From NCBI GenBank assembly GCA_038861545.1, contig JAWCCZ010000001.1:192001-256000 (forward strand): a DNA stretch of 64,000 nt. The letters run 5' to 3'. Made by a program: the position numbers and the translations under genes. Below the pieces are notes generated by a model. It saw nothing but the letters and a program-made list of their open reading frames with translations, was not told where the DNA came from and searched no databases. Of the stretch, positions 39,412-48,946 are shown piece by piece. This DNA comes from Thermofilaceae archaeon (GTDB lineage: Archaea > Thermoproteota > Thermoprotei > Thermofilales > Thermofilaceae). The stretch's first letter is position 1. Each line of letters starts with the position of its first letter.

Positions 39412-40518
39412 GTGGAATGGCCACGGGTAATTGGTGTAGAAATTTTTAGCGGGGAGCTACCCTATCATGAACCATTTACAATTGCTTTAGGTACGTCTAC
39501 AGCATCTTGGAATATAACTGTAAGAGTGATGGTTGAGGATGGTTCCGAGGGTTGGGGTGAAGGATCTCCATCATACTCTATACTCGGTGAGACTAGAGGT
39601 CTAGTAGTATCGTGGGCGAAGAAGCTAGCTGAAAAGCTTTTGATGGAAAAATGTAGTAGCCTTGAGCACCTTTATCTGCTATGCTCAGCCTCCCGTTCAC
39701 CGAGCGCAGCTGCTGCTATCGAAGAGGCTGTCCTTGATGCTTGGGCTAAGGGGGTCGGGCTCAGTGTAACCAGATTGCTTGGAGGTCCTTTTAGAGATAA
39801 GATTGAGACAGATGTTACGATTGGGATAATGAAACCTGAGGACCAAGCGGCTAGGGCTGTTAAGTACGTTGAACAAGGCTTTAGAATACTGAAAATTAAG
39901 CTTGGAGCAGATCCGGATGAAGACATCCAAAGGGTTCGCGCGGTAAGGGATGCCGTTGGTGAAGGAGTACGAATCAGGGTTGATGCAAACCAGGGATGGA
40001 GTGTGGAAAACGCTATGCGTGTAGTCAGTAAGCTGGCTAGCTACGACATAGAGTATGTAGAGCAACCAGTGAAATGGGATGATATTAATGGGTTAGCAAC
40101 TGTTCGCAAGAACTCTCCTCTACCAATAGCTGTAGATGAAAGCGTTAAGACTGCTGTTGATGTATTTAAAGTCGCTAAAGCGGAAGCTGCAGACATAGTT
40201 AACATTAAAGTGATGAAAAGTGGAGGGTTACTTGGAGCTCTTAGAGTAGCCCATGCAAGCGAGGCCGCGGGTCTGGAAAACATGATCGGCTGCATGGGAG
40301 AAGGTAGGCTTGGAATAACGGGAGCTGTTTGTCTAGCAGGGAGCGTGTTTAACATAAAGTACTTTGACCTAGATTCAGATATCCTTCTAGCTTCTGACTA
40401 TGCAGGCGGGGGATCCCGCGTCGATAAAGGTAAGCGCGAAGTGCCCAATGTACCGGGACTAGGCGTCGAAGTCGATAGGCTAAAGCTCACAAGGCTCGCT
40501 TTGATAGGCGAAATATAA
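39412..40518 (+). CDS. Enolase-superfamily dipeptide epimerase (L-Ala-D/L-Glu epimerase-like)
   Basis: PFTIA, KIK, DANQGW, EQP, DES, NIK, GCM, DLD motifs. Confidence 0.88.
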   Translation: MEWPRVIGVEIFSGELPYHEPFTIALGTSTASWNITVRVMVEDGSEGWGEGSPSYSILGETRGLVVSWAKKLAEKLLMEKCSSLEHLYLLCSASRSPSAAAAIEEAVLDAWAKGVGLSVTRLLGGPFRDKIETDVTIGIMKPEDQAARAVKYVEQGFRILKIKLGADPDEDIQRVRAVRDAVGEGVRIRVDANQGWSVENAMRVVSKLASYDIEYVEQPVKWDDINGLATVRKNSPLPIAVDESVKTAVDVFKVAKAEAADIVNIKVMKSGGLLGALRVAHASEAAGLENMIGCMGEGRLGITGAVCLAGSVFNIKYFDLDSDILLASDYAGGGSRVDKGKREVPNVPGLGVEVDRLKLTRLALIGEI

Positions 40519-40559
40519 CTTAGACGAGCATGCGATTCTCTCTGTGATGGTTGTTACAA

Positions 40560-41477
40560 TTAAGGACTCAACGCGGCACGTGTGAGCCTAATGTAATTTC
40601 TACCCGCTCTTTTCTCAACTATGATTAACCCCATATCTTCTAATCGTTTTAGTCTTCTCCAGAGTGTGGTTGTAGGCAAGTTAACAACTTTCTGTAGCTC
40701 GCTCTGGAAAGCTCCGCCCCCCATTTTCTTTAAACCATTAATTATTAACATATCTTCTTCGCTTAACTTTTCTAAAGCTTCTTTCATTGCTTTTCTACGA
40801 ATAACTAGCACAGCTATTAATACTAACGCTAGGATAGCAGCAAAAACTATGGCATATTGTATGGTAAATTCAAGTAGACCTTTAGTTTCAGTGCTACTTC
40901 CCTTGGGTTGTTCAGAAGGTCTGCTAACGCCATCCTGCTGGGATTCGCTGGAAGGTTGTTGATACGGTGTATACATGAATACGTATCCAACAACTATTTC
41001 ACCAGGCTCGAAAAGAAAAGACATCGAGTTTTTTACTATGGTTATTTCTTCGGGCGCCTTATTAAGATATGTTACAGTAGTGTTAGGTGGAAGAGTGATG
41101 TTGACCATGTACGGGGAGGAGAAATTAACGTACCAGATTTTGCCCATTTTATATGTTAAAGTTTGCGTATAATACGAGATTCTTATCTCGTTAGTGTCAA
41201 TACATACTACGTTAATGGTCCCTAACGTATTATTTAATTCATAAGCTAGAGGCTCATTAAACTCATCGGTCACAAACAGTAAGAGTGAGGGATCCGGAAT
41301 ACCCACCAAAGGAATGGTTAATTCGATGAGTCCCTCCGTGTAGACTACGTATTTAACTTGAGCCATCCCCCCGTCTAGTATTGTAATAGAAACTTTGGAA
41401 GTCTGCCCCTTCACCGGCACACAAATTAGTAGAAAACCTAACAATGCAGTGAGTGCCAGAGCACCGCCTTTTCTCAC
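40560..41477 (-). CDS. Membrane-tethered wHTH regulator (signal peptide, extracellular beta domain, S/Q/P linker, TM helix, cytoplasmic wHTH)
   Basis: N-terminal hydrophobic signal; TM AIVFAAILALVLIAVLVI followed by RRK; QSELQKVVNLPTTTLWRRLKRLEDMGLI. Confidence 0.85.
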   Translation of the reverse strand: MRKGGALALTALLGFLLICVPVKGQTSKVSITILDGGMAQVKYVVYTEGLIELTIPLVGIPDPSLLLFVTDEFNEPLAYELNNTLGTINVVCIDTNEIRISYYTQTLTYKMGKIWYVNFSSPYMVNITLPPNTTVTYLNKAPEEITIVKNSMSFLFEPGEIVVGYVFMYTPYQQPSSESQQDGVSRPSEQPKGSSTETKGLLEFTIQYAIVFAAILALVLIAVLVIRRKAMKEALEKLSEEDMLIINGLKKMGGGAFQSELQKVVNLPTTTLWRRLKRLEDMGLIIVEKRAGRNYIRLTRAALSP

Positions 41478-41558
41478 AGAGGCTTAAGAGATGCCAATTA
41501 TTTAAGGCTGACTTACAAGAAGTAAAGTTAAAAAAATAAATATATTCCAGTCAATCCT

Positions 41559-42986
41559 TTACTTTCCGCTAGACCCTTTACCCGGCGGCTCTTTTGTTTT
41601 ACCTCTTTTAGCCTCCGCTGATTTTTGCAGATTTTCTCTGATTCTTTCAATTTCTCTCTGTATATTCTGCAATTTTTTTAATTCATTTTGAATTCTTTCC
41701 CTTTCTCTCTCAAGCTCCTTTCCAGATATTTTAATTCTCTCCCTCTCTCTAGCTAAGTATTGTTTGTCGATCGTTTTACTTATTTTATCAATTAAATTTG
41801 TTAATTTTATCAGACTCTCATTGGATATTAGTTCAATTCTCTCTAGCGTTCTGTTAATTTTTTCGACTAATTTCTCCGTAAGCTTTCCTCTCCTTAATGC
41901 TTCACCAACTTCAGTCTCATTAATATCTAGGTCCGAGTTCCGCAGCTCTTTCACTAAGCGTTCACGGCCTAGTTTAGCAAGCTGGGCTGTCGTATGACCT
42001 AAAATAGAGCGCACTTGAGCCAAATAGTGAGCCGCTGCGCTTATGTTACAGGATGCAGCCCGAGCGCGTCCTTCCTCGACTAATCCCCTGCCTTTAATTA
42101 AAGCATCTGCTATTGCGGTCAAGTTGTAACCTTTTCCAGTTAGATTAGCTACTATGCTTTCGAGCTCCGCTAACCTGCGTTCAGCTTCATCGAAGGCCAT
42201 CTTGACAGGGTAAAACTCAGGCGTCCACTTACATGTTAAGTTTCTAGGCACATATGTTTCATTACTTTCTACAGGTGGGTGCTCCGCCAGCACTGCCCTA
42301 CATGCAGCAAAGGAGGCATCTAGCCGATCTCTAAGTTCTTCTTGAAGCTCGATTACTTTACCGTATTTTTGAAGAGCTAGCACGGCATAACTTTTTGCAG
42401 TGCTGTAGTTGCCACCTTCAAGAGCGGCCAGCGCCTGACTCAAATAAGAGTCCCCAGTAAGCGTTAAATTCAAAGCAAGGTTGAACGCCTCACTTAAATT
42501 AGCATATGTTGTGAGATTGTAATTTGCCAAAACCTGATTTCGGCAGTAGACCATTTCCTTAAGTCTAGCAGCAGCCTCTACTAGTTTATCTGCCCCTTTA
42601 ATTTTCTGCAGCCTGGGCGCTGTAATTTCTGGCTCCTGAGAGAGAGGGGCTTCAACAGTAAAAGTAACTGTGGCACGCTCACCCCCGTCTAATACAGTAA
42701 TTATATAGGTGCCGCTAGGTGCCTCGGCTGGTAGCTCAAAGGTTAACGTAGATATACCATTCTCATTTGTAGTTACGTTCTCGGAAAATATAATCGAATC
42801 ATTAGGGCTAAAGACCCGAACATCGTACGTGGTGTTAGCTTCCCCCTCAATCGTTATAATTATAATATCTCCTGGTTTATAAACCGGGCTATCGGTGCTT
42901 ACATTAACCCGCAGCGCAAGAGCAATTGCAACTAATGCTACACCCAAAACTCCATGTGCTAATAGGTTTTTTACCCTCATATTCAT
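41559..42986 (-). CDS. Secreted glycoprotein with an Ig-like (MG2-type) domain and a long helical/coiled-coil region
   Basis: Signal peptide; TDSPVYKPGD...GTYIIT; about 16 N-x-S/T sequons; E/R/K-rich tail. Confidence 0.75.
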   Translation of the reverse strand: MNMRVKNLLAHGVLGVALVAIALALRVNVSTDSPVYKPGDIIIITIEGEANTTYDVRVFSPNDSIIFSENVTTNENGISTLTFELPAEAPSGTYIITVLDGGERATVTFTVEAPLSQEPEITAPRLQKIKGADKLVEAAARLKEMVYCRNQVLANYNLTTYANLSEAFNLALNLTLTGDSYLSQALAALEGGNYSTAKSYAVLALQKYGKVIELQEELRDRLDASFAACRAVLAEHPPVESNETYVPRNLTCKWTPEFYPVKMAFDEAERRLAELESIVANLTGKGYNLTAIADALIKGRGLVEEGRARAASCNISAAAHYLAQVRSILGHTTAQLAKLGRERLVKELRNSDLDINETEVGEALRRGKLTEKLVEKINRTLERIELISNESLIKLTNLIDKISKTIDKQYLARERERIKISGKELERERERIQNELKKLQNIQREIERIRENLQKSAEAKRGKTKEPPGKGSSGK

Positions 42987-43101
42987 CTCAACTACTTGAG
43001 CAACAGACTAGTTTAAGGAATACCTTGAAAACCCTAGCGGAAAACGATGGAAGGTACTTTTCAGATCCCTAATGTTTTAAAATCAGCTTGAATGAACTCT
43101 T

Positions 43102-43848
43102 GTGGTTAACTGCAGCTACTGTAAGCATCCAATAGATGGGCTTCCGTATAAGTGCAAGTACTGTGGTGGGATATACTGTGTGGAACATCACTTACCGGAG
43201 AATCACGACTGCGAAGGCTTACAAATGGCTAAGAGCCCGGACCGAATCGAGAAAGAGAGCGTTGACCTAACCCAGTATCCTTGGGCTTCTACGATTAAAG
43301 CTGCCCCGGGAGCGATGTTCCGCTCTAGGGAGCTTCTAAGCTTAATTATAGCCACACTTGTCGTAGCTTTAGCCTTCAGTTTTCCATATACGTTTCAAGG
43401 AACAGTAACAGCCTTGCTAATTGCCTCGCTGGTATACATGCCACACGAGTTAGCTCATAAGTTCACGGCACATTTTTCCGGTTTCCATGCCACATTCAAG
43501 CTACATTGGCCGGGTTTAGTAATTACTTTGCTGTCAGCGTTGCCCTATATGCCGTTCAGGCTGGTGTTCCCAGGGTATGTCGCCGTGGAAGGCATCGGTA
43601 GCAATGCTAAAACAGAGGGTAAAATCGCGGCTGCTGGACCGTTGACTAACTTGGCCCTATGTTTTCCGCTAGCTTTATTACCATCATTTTATAGCCGAGA
43701 GTTGCTCTTCGCCTCCGCGTTGGTATCAACTTTAAACCTCCTACCTTTACACCCACTAGATGGGTCAAAAATTATCAAATGGAACATAGGCCTGTGGGCC
43801 CTATTGATAATCATTAGTATAATACTGATTTTGATTATAACATTTTAA
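43102..43848 (+). CDS. AN1-type zinc finger fused to a site-2 (M50) intramembrane metalloprotease
   Basis: CSYC...CKYCGGIYCVEHHLPENHDC; HELAH; AAAGPLTN; NLLPLHPLDG. Confidence 0.9.
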   Translation: MVNCSYCKHPIDGLPYKCKYCGGIYCVEHHLPENHDCEGLQMAKSPDRIEKESVDLTQYPWASTIKAAPGAMFRSRELLSLIIATLVVALAFSFPYTFQGTVTALLIASLVYMPHELAHKFTAHFSGFHATFKLHWPGLVITLLSALPYMPFRLVFPGYVAVEGIGSNAKTEGKIAAAGPLTNLALCFPLALLPSFYSRELLFASALVSTLNLLPLHPLDGSKIIKWNIGLWALLIIISIILILIITF

Positions 43849-44097
43849 AAATGAAATACTACGAATAATTAAATAAAGTAAATAAATTATTTAGACTTTT
43901 TCAAGATCATGTGTCCACACTTAAACCTATCAGAGTTAAACATGAAACAGCTAATTGAGTCATGCATTTAAAGGTAATCAACCTTTTTTTACATCTCCAA
44001 TAGTATATGTTGTCCATGAATACAATTTTAAACTCTCGGTTAAATGTATCATTCTCTTCGAGTACTACCTTTAAATTCCCACGTTGATTTATATAGC

Positions 44098-44688
44098 ATG
44101 CCTGCAAAAGCCAAAAGACAAAGACCCGAGATAAGTTTCTTGCTTGGAGTGTTTCTCGGAGCAATTCTGATGTACTTTATCTTTACCGAACTTTATGTTC
44201 AGCGACCACTCTCCGGGTTTACGTTGGTGCTTTTGCCCAACGAAGAATATTTTTATCATGTTTATGAGCTAATGAACCGCGCCAACTCAAGTATTCATAT
44301 CATCATGTATGTAGCTAGATATGACCCAGAAGAGACGGTAGCGGAGGATCCAGCTAATGCACTAATAACTGCCTTGAAAACAGCCCGCGATAAGGGTTTA
44401 GATGTTAAGGTAATAGTCGACGATGTAACTAAAATCGACTACCCCGAGACAATTGCGTACTTAAAGGCCCAGGGAATACCGGTTAAGCTAGATCCGAAAC
44501 CTGGTATTACCACACATGCGAAACTAGTGATCATTGACGGTAGGATCGTTATAATAGGAAGCCACAACTGGACTGAATCGGCTCTCTCAAGAAATAATGA
44601 ATACTCAGTGCTGATACATTCCAACGATATTGCCCTGGAGGTTGAAAGATACTTCCAAAACCTATGGGAGAATGGACGGCCTCTCTAG
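44098..44688 (+). CDS. Membrane-anchored phospholipase D/Nuc-like protein (single HKD)
   Basis: HAKLVIID...GSHNW...NNE; N-terminal TM; ATG 44098 preferred over 44044. Confidence 0.88.
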   Translation: MPAKAKRQRPEISFLLGVFLGAILMYFIFTELYVQRPLSGFTLVLLPNEEYFYHVYELMNRANSSIHIIMYVARYDPEETVAEDPANALITALKTARDKGLDVKVIVDDVTKIDYPETIAYLKAQGIPVKLDPKPGITTHAKLVIIDGRIVIIGSHNWTESALSRNNEYSVLIHSNDIALEVERYFQNLWENGRPL

Positions 44689-44858
44689 TCAACGCTAAAT
44701 TCATAGCCACATTTAGGGCATTTAACGTAGTCGCAACTTAAGCTGGCTAAAGAGCAACCCGAGCATGCAAACGCTCTAGAGTATGTTACACTGAACATGT
44801 AGCCACATTTAGGGCATTTCACTAGGTCTTTTCGGCCCTTTAGTCTCAGAGATGACAC
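44685..44858 (-). CDS. Small Cys-rich double zinc-ribbon protein (57 aa; absent from the ORF track)
   Basis: MSSLRLKGRKDLVKCPKCGYMFSVTYSRAFACSGCSLASLSCDYVKCPKCGYEFSVD; GTG start. Confidence 0.75.
   Translation of the reverse strand: MSSLRLKGRKDLVKCPKCGYMFSVTYSRAFACSGCSLASLSCDYVKCPKCGYEFSVD
44704..44819. repeat. Perfect 20-bp direct repeat TAGCCACATTTAGGGCATTT (44704..44723 and 44800..44819)
   Basis: Encodes the two KCPKCGY motifs of the small ORF. Confidence 0.9.
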
Positions 44859-45004
44859 GATCTAGGAAATGATTTCAACGTAAAAATGTTACTCTAAGTG
44901 AGTCAATGCATTTTTAACGGTTACGCTTCTCAGGGATCGCTTTTCTCTTCAAGAAACTCAGGCTTCTCCTCGAGAAAGCTATTGCTCGTAGAAAACACAT
45001 TAAA

Positions 45005-46111
45005 CTATCGTTTAGCTGGATAATCCTCTACAGCTTTTTTAATTAGCTCCCCTATCCTCTTGTCAACTTCTTTTTTTCCTAAGCCCAACTTAACTAACCG
45101 GCCCTCCTCTACTACTAGGTCCCCGTTGATAATCACGAATCGGGGCGAAACACACCCCTCAAGTACCTTCTCTAGGGGCTCGTCAAAGATCAAGACATCC
45201 CCTTCCCAATCGATTCCGAACAATTCGTAACCACCAAGGGTTGCCTTACCAAGCAAGTAACGCGCCCATTTTTTCCCATGCACTTTAATCGCCGTCGTAT
45301 ACGCTGCAGCAGCGCTTCCCAGAAGTAAAGGCCAATCGCTGCCGATTGCATCAACTTCCTTAGGATGCTTTATCGTTTTACCGTAAAGCCGTAGATTGGA
45401 GAGTGGGCAATGAACTACTCGGATCCCATAGCGTTTATAGCCTGATCCCGAGATGCAATGTACCCCGATTATTCCACTGTCCTCTCCTTCTCTCAAGTTA
45501 AGTAATGAGGCTAGAGTAGGTAGCTCATCGACCCCCTCACTTAAATGTATGCTGAACGGTACTTTAAGCTTCTTAGCCGCCGAATAGGCGACCTTGAGTG
45601 ATTCGGGTGTAACGCAGCCTATAGAGTGAATAAAGAACCCGAGTGGTATAGCTCCGTCGAGCGCCGACACCGATAAAAGCAGGTTAGTCGCACGCCACGC
45701 GTCAGGCCACCCAGCTTGAAGGTCCATAATCGTCGGCATAATTACTATCCTAGGTTTAACTGAAAGTTTCCTGTAAGCTAACACGTTAGCGTCACCCCTT
45801 CCCACTAAAACCATTAACGTTACTCCCTCAAGCAAACTCCTAAGCATAGATGCTGCGGCAAGTTTCGAGGAAAAGTCCAAGTCACCTCTTAATGCGGCTT
45901 CATCGACTTTCAGTTTTCTATTCTTAATCCACTCGTATGCGTTGCTCCACGTCCCCTCTCCTGCGTCAATGACCTGAGGGTGTGCGTGGGCATCCGAGAA
46001 TCCAGGCGTTACCACAGTTTCTCCGTAGAGGGATCCCTCGCCTGGAAGCATCATACGGGCCGATTCAACAACGCCGCGAGGCGTAACCAGCGTTCTAGCT
46101 TCGATTTCCAT
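45005..46111 (-). CDS. Amidohydrolase-superfamily protein (possible purine/nucleoside deaminase)
   Basis: PGFSDAHAH, HLSEG, VHC, HCPLSN, GSD; TAATG coupling with guaB. Confidence 0.8.
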   Translation of the reverse strand: MEIEARTLVTPRGVVESARMMLPGEGSLYGETVVTPGFSDAHAHPQVIDAGEGTWSNAYEWIKNRKLKVDEAALRGDLDFSSKLAAASMLRSLLEGVTLMVLVGRGDANVLAYRKLSVKPRIVIMPTIMDLQAGWPDAWRATNLLLSVSALDGAIPLGFFIHSIGCVTPESLKVAYSAAKKLKVPFSIHLSEGVDELPTLASLLNLREGEDSGIIGVHCISGSGYKRYGIRVVHCPLSNLRLYGKTIKHPKEVDAIGSDWPLLLGSAAAAYTTAIKVHGKKWARYLLGKATLGGYELFGIDWEGDVLIFDEPLEKVLEGCVSPRFVIINGDLVVEEGRLVKLGLGKKEVDKRIGELIKKAVEDYPAKR

Positions 46112-47160
46112 TAAAGCCATCTAGTAACCACCATACCCCGCGGCGAGCTTTCCTGTAACCCCATACTGGTAATTTTGACAAAAACAGCTTTCTCCCTGAG
46201 CTCATTTAAGTTTTTGGCACCAATGTATCCCATGCCCTGCTTAAGCGCATTAACGAGTACTTCTACAACATTAGCTACTGATCCTCGGTATTCAACGTAA
46301 CCTTCAACTCCCTCGGGGACGCGCTTAAAGGTCCCGTAGCGGCTCGACCCTGCTGCTAAAGCTCCCTTGCTCCCCATTCCCCTGTAAGGTTTATACTTCT
46401 TACCGTCAATCTCGATAATTTCTCCCGGAGTTTCATCAGTTCCCGCTAGCAGGTAGCCCAGCATAACCGCGTCCGCGCCAGCCGCGAGCGCTTTTACCAC
46501 GTGAGCGGGTTTTTCGATTCCACCATCAGCTACTACCCCTACGCCTGTTTCTCGCGCAACGTCAGCAACCCATGAAATAGCCGTCAATTGGGGTACGCCT
46601 ACTCCGGCAACTTCTCTAGTCGTGCAGGCGTGTCCGCTACCCAGGCCGACCCTTAGTACGTCAGCACCTGCATCTATAAGCGCATAGGCCCCTTCTCGAG
46701 TTACAACGTTGCCGGCCATGACTTCTACGCCGTACTCTTTGAACTTTTTCGTTGCCTCGATAACGTTCCTGCTATGCCCGTGTGCGGAATCCACAACTAT
46801 GAGCTCAGCACCAGCTTCGATGCAGGCCTTTACTCTATCTTCGTCGAAAGGGCCTACGGCGATTGAAATTGGAAGTTTTTCCTCTCTAGCTTTCTTTATC
46901 ACCGAGAGTGTTTGAGTCAACTCCATGTTTCGCGGAAGGACGCCGAGGCCACCTAGTTCGGCCAGACGAAGCGCCATTGCTTCACCTGTAACAGTGTCCA
47001 TCGGGGAGCTAATAATCGGTATATTCAGAATTAGCCTTCTGGTTAGTCGCGTTGAAACTTCTATTTCATCAATTTTTACATCAGAGTATTGAGGAATAAG
47101 GAGTACGTCATCTAAACTTAAGCCCCAGGGCGCTTTTTCCAACCTGCTCCAGAATTCCAT
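46111..47160 (-). CDS. guaB: IMP dehydrogenase lacking the CBS subdomain
   Basis: DDVLLIP, SSPMDTVT, VDSAHGHS, GSGHACTTR (catalytic Cys), ADGG, YRGMGS, RY flap dyad, PEGVEG. Confidence 0.88.
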   Translation of the reverse strand: MEFWSRLEKAPWGLSLDDVLLIPQYSDVKIDEIEVSTRLTRRLILNIPIISSPMDTVTGEAMALRLAELGGLGVLPRNMELTQTLSVIKKAREEKLPISIAVGPFDEDRVKACIEAGAELIVVDSAHGHSRNVIEATKKFKEYGVEVMAGNVVTREGAYALIDAGADVLRVGLGSGHACTTREVAGVGVPQLTAISWVADVARETGVGVVADGGIEKPAHVVKALAAGADAVMLGYLLAGTDETPGEIIEIDGKKYKPYRGMGSKGALAAGSSRYGTFKRVPEGVEGYVEYRGSVANVVEVLVNALKQGMGYIGAKNLNELREKAVFVKITSMGLQESSPRGMVVTRWL

Positions 47161-47234
47161 TGCTAAGGGCTTTAACGCTTACGTGATAAACTACTTCTCA
47201 GTACACTATATATTACAGTCCTAATCTATATACT

Positions 47235-48203
47235 ATGATGGAATCCAGAACTACTCAAGTTCGAAACGTCCAGAAGGTCGGTTACTCGACGTTTACGGTT
47301 TCTTTACCAAAGGGGTGGGCACAGCGCCAAGGGGTTAAGAAAGGTTCCAAAGTAGTGGTCCGCGAGCTCCCAGATGGATCTTTAGTGCTGAGCATAGCAG
47401 AAAGAGAACAAGATCTGCCGCGCAGGTTCTCGGCCAACTTAGAGCTTTCTGAAGAGGAGGGGGAAGTCGAGCTTGAGAGGGGAATTATAGCCCTGTACCA
47501 AGCAGGATTCGATACGATAAGGGTTCAAGCACCGTCCAGCTCCCTTGAAGTTCTGAGGAAAGTTAGGAACCGACTAAGTGGTATTGAGGTAGTCGAAGAG
47601 AGAGAGAAGTTTGCTGTTTTAGAAGTTGTTTTAGATTACCTAGAGTTAGGCTTTAACCGGATACTTGGCAGAATGGTCGCGTTACTGCAATCTTCGCTTG
47701 AGAATATTCAGAAGTATTCAACCGAAAATAACGTCCACGCACTTCAAAAGGTGGTTGAGCGAGACGATGAAATCGATAAATTTTACTTCCTGCTTGCTCG
47801 CCAAGCGTCGCTTTGTTTCCGCAGACCAGAGATCCTCAGCAAACTCGGGCTTAGCTCACAAGGAGAAGTGCTCCCCCTTCTCTACTACGGAAAAACGCTT
47901 GAAAGGTTAGGCGACACGTTAACTCAGCTAGCGATGTACGCCTTAGATCGCAGAGCTCCTATACCCGAGAACATAGTTATTTTGCTTCAGAAAGCCCTTG
48001 AAAAAGCCGTACTCTCTTTCGACGCGAAAAGCGCTACCGCTATGAAGGAATTAACTCGAATGCACTACGAGTTTTACGCGTCGCAGAAACCCGGTGATCT
48101 ACTAAGTAACCCTATCCTATACTTGACCGGCAACTTCCTTAGCCTATGCGTAGATGTTATAGAGGCTCGGATCGAATATGATGCGGTCAAGCCTGGCCAA
48201 TAA
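47235..48203 (+). CDS. AbrB/PhoU-domain phosphate uptake regulator
   Basis: RNVQKVGYSTFTVSLPKGWA; ERDDEIDKFY; LERLGD. Confidence 0.88.
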   Translation: MMESRTTQVRNVQKVGYSTFTVSLPKGWAQRQGVKKGSKVVVRELPDGSLVLSIAEREQDLPRRFSANLELSEEEGEVELERGIIALYQAGFDTIRVQAPSSSLEVLRKVRNRLSGIEVVEEREKFAVLEVVLDYLELGFNRILGRMVALLQSSLENIQKYSTENNVHALQKVVERDDEIDKFYFLLARQASLCFRRPEILSKLGLSSQGEVLPLLYYGKTLERLGDTLTQLAMYALDRRAPIPENIVILLQKALEKAVLSFDAKSATAMKELTRMHYEFYASQKPGDLLSNPILYLTGNFLSLCVDVIEARIEYDAVKPGQ

Positions 48204-48250
48204 CAACAGCTATTAAGGGCGATCGGAATAGAGCATAACGGGTTGGTTTC

Positions 48251-48946
48251 ATGTCGTGGCAGGATGCAGCTAAAAAGGCTCTTTTGAACGCGGGCGCTCG
48301 AGTCGAAGATGGACAGAAAGGTTTACTAATTAGGAGCGAGGAAGAAAGAGGCGCTACTTTCACCCTTCTCGTGAGGAGGCTCCAAATGAGCCTAGATCGC
48401 AAAGTAGAGCTAGTTGGTACCATTGAAGTATCCCCTTATGGTAATGCTGATGTTTTGAGGGAAATGCTAGCGTCATCCTTCGAGGTAACGATGAAGGGAT
48501 TTATTCGGAAGAGCTTCGCTTGGAAGCATTGGGATGGGCTTCATTCTCTCGAAAGAGTTTTCGCTCCGATAGTATTTAACAAAAAATTACTCGACATGGT
48601 TAAATCAGATAACAGTGTAGTGACCATGTTACGTGAAGCTTCTCCGGACCTCCTTGAGGTTTTCCCAGAGATAATGTCTTCAAGCTTTATGGAGGCATAT
48701 CTAGTCACACCGGCTCCGTTTGAGGGTTCCCTCATTAAGGAGCTTATTAGCAAATACCTCAAAGAGCCGGAGAGATTAGCCTGGTGTATTAGATTACAGT
48801 TCTTATATGGATCTCCTAGGATGCCAGTAAAAATACAGAAGAATTACCAACTAGCGCTGCAATTGGGTAAAAGCTTGAAAAAATTTACTGAACAGCTTTG
48901 CTTATATATTTCTTCCTCTCATCAGAGGGGAGCGAACTCCACATGA
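48251..48946 (+). CDS. Hypothetical protein
   Basis: 231-aa ORF; convergent 62-nt overlap with the large permease gene. Confidence 0.65.
   Translation: MSWQDAAKKALLNAGARVEDGQKGLLIRSEEERGATFTLLVRRLQMSLDRKVELVGTIEVSPYGNADVLREMLASSFEVTMKGFIRKSFAWKHWDGLHSLERVFAPIVFNKKLLDMVKSDNSVVTMLREASPDLLEVFPEIMSSSFMEAYLVTPAPFEGSLIKELISKYLKEPERLAWCIRLQFLYGSPRMPVKIQKNYQLALQLGKSLKKFTEQLCLYISSSHQRGANST

Noticed and set aside
41620-41760. CT/AG-rich low-complexity tract as a regulatory repeat
   Set aside because: It simply encodes the E/R/K/I coiled-coil tail of the secreted protein
44704-44819. 20-bp direct repeat as a mini-CRISPR or att site
   Set aside because: Only two copies, a 76-bp spacer, no cas genes or integrase; explained by the duplicated KCPKCGY codons
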